A stretch of DNA of 64,000 nucleotides from an uncultured Chloroflexia bacterium (GTDB lineage Bacteria > Chloroflexota > Limnocylindria > QHBO01), in NCBI GenBank assembly GCA_963844415.1, contig CAWJOA010000006.1, positions 354,855 to 418,854 on the forward strand. Reading direction: 5' to 3'. The position numbers and the translations under genes are program-made. Shown here piece after piece: positions 36,914 through 45,967 of the stretch; position 1 is the stretch's first letter; each line of letters starts with the position of its first letter. The notes under the pieces were generated by a model. That model saw only the letters and a list, made by a program, of their open reading frames with translations. It ran no database searches and was not told the DNA's origin.

Positions 36914-37893
36914 CCGCGCGGGACGCGGGGCGTCCACTGCTCCTCGCCGCGGGCCGCGCGCTCGGCCGCGAGGCGCTCGTCGAGGCGGGCCGTCTTCCGC
37001 TCCTCGGTTCGCACCCAGATCCAGATGACGACGGCCATCCCGACGAGGAAGGCGATGTCCCCGGCGACCCACATGAGGACACCGCCGAGCTGCTGATCCT
37101 CGAGTGGAATCGGCCCCCACGTCCGTCCGTTTGTGACGTAGTGCGGGTAGAGGACGGTGCCCGTGCTCAGCAGCGCGACGCCGAGGAACGAGTTCTGGGG
37201 CAGCGCCAGGAAGAGGTAGAAGAGGCGGACCGGGTACGGCAGGCGCCATGGCGAGGGGTCGACGCCGGTGATCGGCCACCAGAACAGCAGCGCGGCGGCC
37301 AGGAAGGTCGCGTGCTGGACGTAGTGCAGCAGCTGGTTCTCGAGGGCCTCGTCGTAGAGGGTGCTGAAGTGCCAGCCCCAGTTCACCGCGGCGAAGAGGA
37401 CCCAGGCCACGACCGGGAACGAGATCGCCTTGACGAACGGGCTGTGCAGGACCCACAGGAGCTTGCGCCTGACCGTTGGCGTGCTCACCCGCAGCGTGAG
37501 CGTGATCGGTCCGCCGCCCAGCAGCAGCGGCGCGGCGACGAGCATCAGCAGCAGGTGCTGGACCATGTGGACGCTGAACAGGGCGCCCTCGTAGGCCTCG
37601 ATCGGTGATGCCAGGGCCACACCGATCGCGCCGAGTCCGCCCATGAAGCACCACGTCCGGGTCCGCGGGTGCCGGTTGCGCGGGTGGGCGCGGTTCACCG
37701 TCCGGACCGCCCACAGATACGCAGCGGCGGTGGCGACCAGCGGGATCACCACGAGCGGGTCGAAGCGCCAGGCGAGCAGAACCGCCGGGAAGCTCGGCGC
37801 TGCCGCCTCCGCGCCGTGCGCGACCACCGCTGCCGGCGTGACGGCGAGCAGCATCAGAGCGAGGGGGAGGGCGGTGCGACGCATCGGTTCCAT
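36898..37893 (-). CDS. ctaG: cytochrome c oxidase assembly factor CtaG (Caa3_CtaG family membrane protein)
   Basis: From ATG 37893 (MEPMRRTALPLALMLLAVTPAAVVAHG signal): 6-7 TM helices, conserved HMVQHLLLMLVAAPLLL and WWPITG regions. Confidence 0.65.
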   Translation of the reverse strand: MEPMRRTALPLALMLLAVTPAAVVAHGAEAAAPSFPAVLLAWRFDPLVVIPLVATAAAYLWAVRTVNRAHPRNRHPRTRTWCFMGGLGAIGVALASPIEAYEGALFSVHMVQHLLLMLVAAPLLLGGGPITLTLRVSTPTVRRKLLWVLHSPFVKAISFPVVAWVLFAAVNWGWHFSTLYDEALENQLLHYVQHATFLAAALLFWWPITGVDPSPWRLPYPVRLFYLFLALPQNSFLGVALLSTGTVLYPHYVTNGRTWGPIPLEDQQLGGVLMWVAGDIAFLVGMAVVIWIWVRTEERKTARLDERLAAERAARGEEQWTPRVPRGQTGR

Positions 37894-37967
37894 TGTCGCC
37901 TGACTGAGCGGGTATCGGCGAGGAACGGCCATGGAACCGCCGCGCCCGACGTGGCGTCCATGCGGCC

Positions 37968-38954
37968 ATGAATCGAACTGGCCCGGGCTTCCTCGTCGTG
38001 CTCCTCGTCCTCCTCGCGGCGTGCACCACACCCGGTGGCTCGCCGGAGGCCTCACAGACCGATGGCGGCGGCTCGTCGCCGCCCCCGCCGAGCGCGTCGG
38101 ATGGTGACGGAGAGACCGGCGGCATCGAGCACCCCACCGGGGCGGACGAGCCGATCCTCATCGTCGAGGAAATCGGCGGCTTCGCGATGCCGCAGATGAT
38201 CGCCACGCGCGTGCCCACGTTCGCGCTCTACGGCGACGGCCGCGTGATCGTGCAGGGGGCGCAGACACTCGAGTTCCCCGGCCCGGCGCTGCCCGCGCTC
38301 ATCGAGCGCACGATGTCAGAGGAAGGCATCCAGGTCGTGCTCGAGGCGGTCGAGGAGACGAACCTCTTCACCGGCGATCTCGAGCTGAATGGCGCGATGA
38401 ACCAGTGTGCGGACTGCACCGCAACGGCCTTCCGGGCCAACGTGAACGGGGACGATGTGACGGTCAGCGTTTTCGGCCTCGGCATGCTCGACCCGGCCCT
38501 TGGCGGGAACCTCGAGGGCATCGAGCAGTCGGAGATCGATGCGCACGCGGTCCTCAGCCAGCTGCGCGACGCGCTCCTGACCATCGACACCTCGATCCCC
38601 GCCGACGCATGGGAGGCCGACGGCTGGCAGCCGTACGCGCCGGCGGCGTTTCGTCTCTACGTCCGTGACGTGAGCGGCGAGCCGATCGAGGGCGGAGAGC
38701 TGCCCGGGATGGTGCGCGAGTGGCCGACCGACGACGATCCAGCCGCCTTCGGCGAGGAGCTGCCGGTCTTCGGCGACGGCACGCGCTGCGGTGTCGTCGA
38801 GGGCGACGCTGGTGCGGTCTGGTTCGAGGACCTCAGTGCCGCGACCCAGAACACGCTGTGGACCTCCGACGGCGAGAACCGATTCACGGTCCTGCCCCGC
38901 CCGCTCTTCCCGGGCGACGAGGCGACCTGCGCGCAGGAGATCGTCTCCGGCTGA
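37968..38954 (+). CDS. hypothetical secreted lipoprotein (Cys-containing) embedded in the cta locus
   Basis: ORF 37968..38954: LLVVLLVLLAAC lipobox, Ser/Pro/Gly-rich linker, globular domain with NQCADC and TRCG Cys pairs. Confidence 0.55.
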   Translation: MNRTGPGFLVVLLVLLAACTTPGGSPEASQTDGGGSSPPPPSASDGDGETGGIEHPTGADEPILIVEEIGGFAMPQMIATRVPTFALYGDGRVIVQGAQTLEFPGPALPALIERTMSEEGIQVVLEAVEETNLFTGDLELNGAMNQCADCTATAFRANVNGDDVTVSVFGLGMLDPALGGNLEGIEQSEIDAHAVLSQLRDALLTIDTSIPADAWEADGWQPYAPAAFRLYVRDVSGEPIEGGELPGMVREWPTDDDPAAFGEELPVFGDGTRCGVVEGDAGAVWFEDLSAATQNTLWTSDGENRFTVLPRPLFPGDEATCAQEIVSG

Positions 38955-39156
38955 CCCACCTCGGCGCGCGCACGGATGGCGCCGCGCGGATGCCCTTCGC
39001 TACAATGCGGTCCGTGTCGCCCGTCAGCCCGCGGGAGCGTGCGTGCCTGACGCGCGAGGCCGACGCCCCCTGTCGATGCTGACCTGAGGAGCTCTCGAGA
39101 TCGAGCCGACGCACACCACGGCGCCCCGGACCCGGCTGCGGACATCCGCCCGCCGG

Positions 39157-40158
39157 TTGGCGCCGCTCGTGCTCGTCGTCCTGCTGGCCGGCTGCCTCCT
39201 GCCTCCCACGCCGAAGACCGACGCCGGCCAGGACGTCTTCAACCTGTACCTCATCGTGCTCGCCCTGGCGGCGATCGTCTTCGTCGGCGTCGAGGGCTTC
39301 ATCCTGTACGCGGTCTTCCGCTACCGCCGCCAGCCCGGGGACGAGGTCCTGCCCGAGCAGCTGCACGGCAACAACACGGTCGAGATCATCTGGACGATCA
39401 TCCCGACGGTCATCGTCTTCGTCCTCTTCTTCTTCAGCATGCTCACCCTCGCCGAGGTGGAGGCCAGCTCGGACGTCCAGGACGCCGAGACGGTCCAGGT
39501 GGAGGCGTTCTCGTGGGGCTGGAGGTTCCTGTACGAGAACGGCGCCGAGGCGTCCGGTACGGCGCAGGAGCCGCCCGTGCTCGCGCTGCCGGTGGACGAG
39601 CCGGTGCGCCTGGTCCTGACGTCGATCGACGTCAACCACGCCTTCTACGTCCCCGACTTCCTCATCAAGCGCGACGTCATCGACTTCGGCGAAGGACGCG
39701 GGACGAACGAGCTGACGTTCACGATCACCGAGGTCGGAACCTATGCCGGCCAATGCGCCGAGTTCTGCGGCACGGGCCACGCCGAGATGGTCTTCACCGT
39801 CGATGCCCAGGAGCGCGCCGACTATGACGCCTACGTCGAGGCCCTGGCCTCCGCCGCGCCGCCGCCGGGCGGTGACGCCGAGGACTGCGGCACGACCATC
39901 CAGCTCGCGGCGGTCGAGAGCCTCCAGTTCGACACCGATGCGATCGAGGCACCCGCCGGCGAGGCGTTCTGCATCGAGTTCACGAACAACGACACCGTCC
40001 CGCACGACGTCGGCATCGCCGAGACCGACTTCGATGGCGAGAACGTGGACCCCGGCGAGTCGATCACCTACGTCATCCCCGCCATGGATGCGGGCACGTT
40101 TACGTTCTACTGCACCATCCATCCGGCGATGGAAGGCACCCTCACCGTCAACGAGTAA
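39157..40158 (+). CDS. ctaC: cytochrome c oxidase subunit II (CuA) fused to a C-terminal type-1-copper cupredoxin domain (amicyanin-like) in place of a cytochrome c domain
   Basis: TTG 39157; lipobox LVLVVLLAGC, two TM helices, CuA site HAFYVPDF...CAEFCGTGHAEM. Then a second domain with T1Cu ligands HDVGI...YCTIHPAMEG; no CxxCH anywhere. Confidence 0.8.
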   Translation: MAPLVLVVLLAGCLLPPTPKTDAGQDVFNLYLIVLALAAIVFVGVEGFILYAVFRYRRQPGDEVLPEQLHGNNTVEIIWTIIPTVIVFVLFFFSMLTLAEVEASSDVQDAETVQVEAFSWGWRFLYENGAEASGTAQEPPVLALPVDEPVRLVLTSIDVNHAFYVPDFLIKRDVIDFGEGRGTNELTFTITEVGTYAGQCAEFCGTGHAEMVFTVDAQERADYDAYVEALASAAPPPGGDAEDCGTTIQLAAVESLQFDTDAIEAPAGEAFCIEFTNNDTVPHDVGIAETDFDGENVDPGESITYVIPAMDAGTFTFYCTIHPAMEGTLTVNE

Positions 40159-40172
40159 GGCACGAGAGACCG

Positions 40173-41840
40173 ATGGCGACCACGACCCTCGAACCCCAGA
40201 CCGGCGCCTCCGCCTACCGGCGATCGTGGGTGATCGACTGGCTGACGACCGTCGACCACAAGAAGATCGGGATCCTGTACATCGTCAACAGCTTCCTCTT
40301 CTTCTTCGCCGCCGGGATCCTCGCGCTCGTGGTGCGCAGCGAGCTGGCCGTGCCGGGGCTCCAGATCGTCGACGCCGACACGTTCAACCAGGCGTTCACG
40401 ATGCACGGGACGATCATGCTGTTCCTGTTCGTCATCCCGGCGCTGAGCGGCTTCGCGAACTACATCGTCCCGCTCATGCTCGGGGCGCCGGACATGGCGT
40501 TCCCTCGCATCAACGCCCTCAGCTTCTGGCTCCTGCCGCTCGGTGGGCTGCTGATCTTCAGCGGCTATCTCTTCGGTGGCGCGGCCGCCGAGGGTTGGAC
40601 GGCCTACACGCCGCTCTCGAACATCAGTGAGGGCGTGGGGACCGACCTCTGGATCATCGGCCTGGCCCTGGTGGGAACCGCATCCATCCTCGGCGCGGTG
40701 AACTTCATCACCACGATCTTCAAGATGCGCGCGCCGGGCATGACCCTTTTCCGGATGCCGATCTTCGTGTGGACCGTGCTCGTCACCGCCGTGCTCATCC
40801 TGCTCGCCACGCCCGTGCTGACGGCCGGGCTGATCGCGCTCTTCATCGACCGCAACTACGGCGGCTCGTTCTTCGACCCGACCGTTGGCGGCAGCCCGAT
40901 CCTGTGGCAGCACATCTTCTGGTTCTTCGGCCACCCCGAGGTCTACATCGTCATCCTGCCGGCGATGGGCGTGGTGAGCGAGGTGCTGCCGGTCTTCAGC
41001 CGCAAGCCGCTGTTCGGCTACCGGGCATTCGTGTTCGCCACGATCGCCATCGGCCTGCTGAGCTGGACGGTGTGGGCGCACCACATGTTCACGACCGGCT
41101 CGGTGTTCCTGCCGTTCTTCAGCTTCATGACCGCCCTCATCGCCATCCCGACCGGCATCAAGATGTTCAACTGGCTCGCGACGCTGTGGCGAGGCAAGAT
41201 CACGCTCACGACGCCGATGCTGTTCGCGCTCGGCTTCATCAGCATGTTCCTCATCGGCGGCATCAGCGGGGTCATGCTCGCCTCGCCGCCGATCGACTTC
41301 CACGTCCAGGACACGTACTTCGTCGTGGCGCATCTGCACTACGTCTTCTTCGGCGGCGCGGTCTTCGGCGTCTTCGCGGCGATGTACTACTGGTTCCCGA
41401 AGATGACCGGTCGGATGCTCAACGACCGGCTCGGGAAGGTCCATTTCTGGATCCACTTCATCGGCTTCAACCTCGCCTTCTTCCCGATGCACCAGCTCGG
41501 CCTGTCGGGCATGCCGCGGCGGGTCAGCGACTACGCCGATCGGCCGGACTGGGTGATCCTCAACGCCGTCTCGACGGTCGGCGCGTTCATGATCGCGGTG
41601 AGCATCATCCCGTTCCTCATCAACGTGATCGCCAGCCTCATCAACGGCGAGCGAGCCGGCGACGATCCGTGGGAGGGCAACACGCTGGAGTGGGCGACGA
41701 CCAGCCCGCCGCCGCCGTACAACTTCGACCGCCTGCCGCCCATCCACTCCGAGCGGCCGCTCTTCTTCCTGACCCACGGGCACGGGCATGCCGTGGCCCG
41801 TGACACCGATCTCGACGAAGAGCACGAGGCGCAGGCATGA
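40173..41840 (+). CDS. ctaD: cytochrome c oxidase subunit I
   Basis: ORF 40173..41840, 12 TM helices, heme/CuB ligands in WFFGHPEVYIV and HHMFT contexts. Confidence 0.9.
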   Translation: MATTTLEPQTGASAYRRSWVIDWLTTVDHKKIGILYIVNSFLFFFAAGILALVVRSELAVPGLQIVDADTFNQAFTMHGTIMLFLFVIPALSGFANYIVPLMLGAPDMAFPRINALSFWLLPLGGLLIFSGYLFGGAAAEGWTAYTPLSNISEGVGTDLWIIGLALVGTASILGAVNFITTIFKMRAPGMTLFRMPIFVWTVLVTAVLILLATPVLTAGLIALFIDRNYGGSFFDPTVGGSPILWQHIFWFFGHPEVYIVILPAMGVVSEVLPVFSRKPLFGYRAFVFATIAIGLLSWTVWAHHMFTTGSVFLPFFSFMTALIAIPTGIKMFNWLATLWRGKITLTTPMLFALGFISMFLIGGISGVMLASPPIDFHVQDTYFVVAHLHYVFFGGAVFGVFAAMYYWFPKMTGRMLNDRLGKVHFWIHFIGFNLAFFPMHQLGLSGMPRRVSDYADRPDWVILNAVSTVGAFMIAVSIIPFLINVIASLINGERAGDDPWEGNTLEWATTSPPPPYNFDRLPPIHSERPLFFLTHGHGHAVARDTDLDEEHEAQA

Positions 41841-42460
41841 CCGCGCGCACGATGCAGGCCCATCCGCCCGGCGAGGAGGAGGCTGCCGCCGCCCTGGCGC
41901 ACGGCGGATCCGGCATGCCGACCCCCCTCGTCGGCATGCTCCTGTTCATCGCCAGCGAGGTGATGTTCTTCGGCGGCCTCTTCGCGGCCTACTTCAACGC
42001 GCGTGCCCTGGTCGGGCCGGGCAACTGGCGCCCGCCCGAGGGCTCTCACCTCGACCTGCCGCTGGCGGCGGTGCTCACCGCAATTCTCATCGCCTCGAGC
42101 TTCACGATGCAGTTCGGCGTGTGGGCCATCCGGCGCGGCGACACCGGCAAGCTGAAGCTGTGGACCGCGATCACGCTCGGCCTCGGCGTCCTCTTCCTCG
42201 CGGGCCAGCTGTACGACTACAGCCAGCTCGGCTTCTCGATCGCCGACAGCTCCTACGGCACGGTCTTCTACACGCTGACCGGCTTCCACGGCGCCCACGT
42301 CTTCGGTGGGGCGGTCGGCCTGACGATCATCCTGGCCCGCACGATGCGCGGCCAGTTCAGCGCGCGCAACCATGTCGCGGTCGAGGCGGTCAGCGTGTAC
42401 TGGCACTTCGTCGACGTGGTCTGGATCGCCGTGTTCAGCACGATCTACCTGCTCGGCTAG
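41837..42460 (+). CDS. ctaE: cytochrome c oxidase subunit III
   Basis: ORF 41837..42460; FIASEVMFFGGLFAAYF and TGFHGAHVFGG motifs; ATGA overlap with ctaD. Confidence 0.85.
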   Translation: MTARTMQAHPPGEEEAAAALAHGGSGMPTPLVGMLLFIASEVMFFGGLFAAYFNARALVGPGNWRPPEGSHLDLPLAAVLTAILIASSFTMQFGVWAIRRGDTGKLKLWTAITLGLGVLFLAGQLYDYSQLGFSIADSSYGTVFYTLTGFHGAHVFGGAVGLTIILARTMRGQFSARNHVAVEAVSVYWHFVDVVWIAVFSTIYLLG

Positions 42461-42470
42461 GAGTGAACCG

Positions 42471-42836
42471 ATGACCGATACCGCCATCGGCTTCCTCATC
42501 GTCGGCATCGCCATGCTCGTCGTGCTGGGCGTGGTGTTCGCGATCTCGTCGAGGCCGCGCCCGGCGAGCGCGAAGCCGGTTCCGCCCGATGGCGTGCACC
42601 TGCCGCCGCCGAGCTACCTGCCGGCGGTCGTCTCGCTCGGCGCCGCGCTCATCGGTGCCGGGCTGGCGTTCCGCGCCGAGGACCAGCTGGCCAACCCGTT
42701 CCTCGCGATCCCGGGCCTCGTCATCCTCGTGCTCGGCATCCTGTGGTGGGTCCGCGCCGCCAACCGCGAGTGGCGCGAGGTCGAGCACGGTGGTCACGGG
42801 TCGCATGCCCCGCACGACGACCACGCCGCGCACTGA
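42471..42836 (+). CDS. ctaF: small membrane subunit, probable cytochrome c oxidase subunit IV (CtaF-like)
   Basis: From ATG 42471 (MTDTAIGFLIVGIAMLVVLGVVFA..), 2-3 TM helices, position directly after ctaE as in actinobacterial cta operons. Confidence 0.5.
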   Translation: MTDTAIGFLIVGIAMLVVLGVVFAISSRPRPASAKPVPPDGVHLPPPSYLPAVVSLGAALIGAGLAFRAEDQLANPFLAIPGLVILVLGILWWVRAANREWREVEHGGHGSHAPHDDHAAH

Positions 42837-42842
42837 CCGCCG

Positions 42843-43403
42843 ATGACCGGCGGCCGCCGCGGGGTCGAGCTGCGGCGCCTGCCGCGGTGGGTCCTGGTGC
42901 TCGCGGCGGCCCTGCCGGTCGCGATGCTCCTGCTGCTTGCCGCGGCCTTCTACGTCGGCGGCCGGTCGGGATCGCCGACGACGATCGGCAGCACGGCGCC
43001 CGACTTCAGCCTCGTCGACCTCGACGGCAACGAGGTGCGTCTTGCCGACCTCCGCGGCAGCCCGGTCGTCGTCAACTTCTGGGCATCGTGGTGCGCGCCG
43101 TGCGTCGAGGAATTCCCGCTCCTGCGCGAGGCCGCCGAGGAGCACGTCGACGACGGCCTGGTCGTGCTCGGAATCGTGTACCAGGACCGATCCGAGGCGG
43201 CGCGCGCGTTCATGGAGCGCAACGGCGGGAGCTGGCAGGCGCTGATGGATCCTGACGAGCGCGTCGCGACGGCGTATAAGATCTTTGCGCCGCCGGAGAC
43301 CTACTTCATCGGGCGCGACGGACGGATCGTCGCGCGGCACATCGGCCAGTTCACGGCCGAGTCGCTGGAGGCGAAGGTGGCCGCGATCATTGACGAGGAG
43401 TGA
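42843..43403 (+). CDS. membrane-anchored thiol-disulfide oxidoreductase (TlpA/ResA-like thioredoxin)
   Basis: ORF 42843..43403: N-terminal anchor then NFWASWCAPCVEEFP thioredoxin CxxC motif. Confidence 0.75.
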   Translation: MTGGRRGVELRRLPRWVLVLAAALPVAMLLLLAAAFYVGGRSGSPTTIGSTAPDFSLVDLDGNEVRLADLRGSPVVVNFWASWCAPCVEEFPLLREAAEEHVDDGLVVLGIVYQDRSEAARAFMERNGGSWQALMDPDERVATAYKIFAPPETYFIGRDGRIVARHIGQFTAESLEAKVAAIIDEE

Positions 43404-43405
43404 GC

Positions 43406-43588
43406 ATGGAGTCGAACCTTCCCGCGACGAGCTCCGAAACCGCGCTGGCGGAGCGCGAGGATGCGCCAGCCGAACCGCTGCCCCGCAATCAGCCGCTGAG
43501 CGTCGCCTTCCTGCCGCTCGCGCTCGTCGTCTTCATCCTGCTCGCGTTCATCATCGCCACCTGGACCTTCCTCTCCGCCGGCGCCTGA
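43406..43588 (+). CDS. small single-TM hypothetical protein (60 aa) ending the cta cluster
   Basis: ATG 43406 inside ORF 43400..43588; helix LSVAFLPLALVVFILLAFIIATWTF. Confidence 0.35.
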   Translation: MESNLPATSSETALAEREDAPAEPLPRNQPLSVAFLPLALVVFILLAFIIATWTFLSAGA

Positions 43589-43636
43589 GGGCGGAGCCGC
43601 GTTCCCCCGTGCCGGCCAGCGTGGTTGGCCTTCGCG

Positions 43637-43701
43637 CCAAATCGGGTCAGCCAGGCGACCGAGGAACCGCTCCACATCGGTCACAAGGCCAACCCGATTG
43701 G
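43637..43701. terminator. long-range inverted repeat (CCAAATCGGGT ... ACCCGATTGG) between convergent genes
   Basis: 11/10-nt arms separated by 44 nt, read directly; between the 43588 end and the 43710 end of opposed genes. Confidence 0.25.
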
Positions 43702-43709
43702 CGGAGTCG

Positions 43710-44141
43710 TCAGGCCGTGGTGATCGGCTGTGACCCTGGGCGAAGTGAGCCGAGTGCCGCGCTGAGCAGTCCAGCGGGCGAGCCGTAGAGGCGGACGAGG
43801 TCGGCCGCGAGCAGCGCGATGATCGCGACCTCGACGCCCTTCGCCACCCAGCCGAGGCTGAAGTACGGGCCCATGACGAGGTAGGCGACGATCGTGACCG
43901 CTGCGTAGCCGGCGAGCCCGACGCGCGGCAGCCACGCGAAACGCCGCACGAACGGATGGGGGACAGCCGAGACGACGAGCGCCGCCGCCAGCGCGGCGTA
44001 GCCGATCGCGTTGAGCGTGAACAGCATTCCCCCGAGCGTCAGATGAATGTACGCGGTGATGAGCGCCAGGTCGACGATCGCGATGGTCAGGCCCACCGCC
44101 AACGCGGTTGCGGCGCGGCTGTCGTGTGTCGTGGCAGGCAT
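43710..44141 (-). CDS. hypothetical 4-TM membrane protein (143 aa)
   Basis: From ATG 44141 (MPATTHDSRAATALAVGLTIAIVDLALITAYIHLTLGG..); the rest of ORF 43710..44726 upstream is junk. Confidence 0.5.
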   Translation of the reverse strand: MPATTHDSRAATALAVGLTIAIVDLALITAYIHLTLGGMLFTLNAIGYAALAAALVVSAVPHPFVRRFAWLPRVGLAGYAAVTIVAYLVMGPYFSLGWVAKGVEVAIIALLAADLVRLYGSPAGLLSAALGSLRPGSQPITTA

Positions 44142-44256
44142 CGGTCTGCACTCCAGATATGTGCTACTTGACGGGAGCAAGTATAGCGCCGCCGTCTCGC
44201 GCGCGCAAGGAATAAATGTCCCGGCCGCGCCGGGATCGGTTCGGGAAAGCTGCGCC

Positions 44257-45492
44257 TCAGGACGGCGTGGCGCTCCCGGGCGTCGGGTACCGGCGCACGA
44301 CGTAGTCGTCGAGGATGGCGAGGAAGCGCGGCACGATGTCATCGCCGCGCAGCGTCTCGGTCTTCTCGCCGTCCACGAAGACCGGCGCCACCGGCTCCTC
44401 GAACGTGCCGGGCAGGCTGATCCCGATGTCGGCGTGCTTCGACTCGCCCGGCCCGTTGACAACGCAGCCCATGACCGCGACCCGCAGCTCCTCGACGCCC
44501 GGATGCGCCTCGCGCCAGCGCGGCATCTGCTCGACGAGATAGGCCTGGATGTCCCGGGCCATCTCCTGGAAGAAGGTCGAGGTGGTGCGGCCGCAGCCGG
44601 GGCAGGCCGAGACCTGGGGCAGGAACGAGCGCAGGCCCATCGACTGGAGCACCTGCTGCGCGACCTGCACCTCCTGCGTCCGGTCGCCGCCGGGCTCGGG
44701 CGTGAGGCTGACGCGGATCGTGTCACCGATCCCGCGCTGGAGCAGGATCGCGAGTCCCGCGGTGGAGGCGATGATGCCCTTGGCGCCCATCCCGGCCTCG
44801 GTCAGGCCAAGATGCAGCGGGTAGTCGCACCGATCCGCCAGGCGGTGGTAGACCTCGACGAGGTCCGGCACGCCGGAGACCTTGGCCGACAGGATGATCC
44901 GATCGTGGGGCAGGCCGGTCTCCTCGGCGAGGCGGGCGGAGCGCAGCGCCGACTCGACCATCGCCTCGATCATCACGTCGCGGCTGTCCTTCGGATCGGG
45001 CGACGCGGCGTTGGCGTCCATCATCTCGGTCAGCAGCTGCTGGTCGAGCGAGCCCCAGTTGACACCGATGCGGACCGGCACCCCGTTGGCGATCGCGACC
45101 TCGATGATCTGCGCGAACTGCTCGTCGCGCCGCTTCGTGCCGACGTTGCCCGGGTTGATCCGGTACTTCGCCAGGGCGGCGGCCATCTCCGGGTATTTGG
45201 TGAGCAGCAGATGCCCGTTGTAGTGGAAGTCACCGATGAGCGGCACGCCGACCCCCAGCGCGTCGAGCTTGGCGCGAATGGCCGGCACGGCCTGCGCGGC
45301 AGCATCGTTGTTGACGGTGACACGGACGAGCTCGGAGCCGGCATGCGCCAGCTGCGCGACCTGGATGGCGGTGGCGTCGGCATCCGCGGTGTCGGTGTTC
45401 GTCATCGACTGGACGACGACCGGGTGGTCCGATCCGACGGGAACGCCACCCACCAGGACGGTTGGCGTCGTGCGCCGTGGGGGTACGCTCAT
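44257..45492 (-). CDS. ispG: 4-hydroxy-3-methylbut-2-en-1-yl diphosphate synthase (flavodoxin-type GcpE)
   Basis: From ATG 45492 ([33 protein letters not shown]..); TIM-barrel motifs, LRVSLTPEP, 4Fe-4S ligands [10 protein letters not shown]...MGCVVNG. Confidence 0.9.
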   Translation of the reverse strand: MSVPPRRTTPTVLVGGVPVGSDHPVVVQSMTNTDTADADATAIQVAQLAHAGSELVRVTVNNDAAAQAVPAIRAKLDALGVGVPLIGDFHYNGHLLLTKYPEMAAALAKYRINPGNVGTKRRDEQFAQIIEVAIANGVPVRIGVNWGSLDQQLLTEMMDANAASPDPKDSRDVMIEAMVESALRSARLAEETGLPHDRIILSAKVSGVPDLVEVYHRLADRCDYPLHLGLTEAGMGAKGIIASTAGLAILLQRGIGDTIRVSLTPEPGGDRTQEVQVAQQVLQSMGLRSFLPQVSACPGCGRTTSTFFQEMARDIQAYLVEQMPRWREAHPGVEELRVAVMGCVVNGPGESKHADIGISLPGTFEEPVAPVFVDGEKTETLRGDDIVPRFLAILDDYVVRRYPTPGSATPS

Positions 45493-45550
45493 CGATGACC
45501 ATGGTACGTCCAGCCATACCGACGGGCACAGCGCGTGCACGGGGCGCGAC

Positions 45551-45967
45551 GTGACCGAGCACGCGGAGACCGGCGGGGATCAGGCCAGGCACGTCTGGAT
45601 CGTCGAGGACGATCCGGCGGCGGCGACCCTCGCAGCCGAGCTGTGCGAGGGATGGGGCGCGCAGGTCTCGGTCTTTCGGGCACCGCTGCCGTTCCTCTCC
45701 GCGCTCAGGGATCGGCCGCAGCCGACCGCGGTCGTGCTCGACTGGCGGCTCGAGCGCGAGCTGAGCGCCGGGCTGTTCCTCGCGACGCGGCACCGGTACC
45801 CGCGCCTGCCGGTCATCTATTGGACCGGGCACGCCGCCGGGGCGCTGCCGTCGATGATCACCGACGACGCGCTGACGACGGTCGTCGACAAGGCCGATGG
45901 CACCGGTCCGTTCGAGCGTGCCCTCGACTGGGCGAGCCGCGTCGGGGCCGAGGAGCCCGCGCCCTAG
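45551..45967 (+). CDS. stand-alone response-regulator receiver domain protein (CheY-like, no output domain)
   Basis: GTG 45551; [18 protein letters not shown] (acidic pocket DD), VVLDWRL (phospho-acceptor D), downstream T/K positions plausible. Confidence 0.6.
   Translation: MTEHAETGGDQARHVWIVEDDPAAATLAAELCEGWGAQVSVFRAPLPFLSALRDRPQPTAVVLDWRLERELSAGLFLATRHRYPRLPVIYWTGHAAGALPSMITDDALTTVVDKADGTGPFERALDWASRVGAEEPAP

Noticed and set aside
35638-38218. 656-aa plus and 773-aa minus ORFs across the ctaAB/ctaG region
   Set aside because: Arg/Asp/Gly-rich junk in alternative frames of genes that are well supported by CtaA/CtaB/CtaG motifs.
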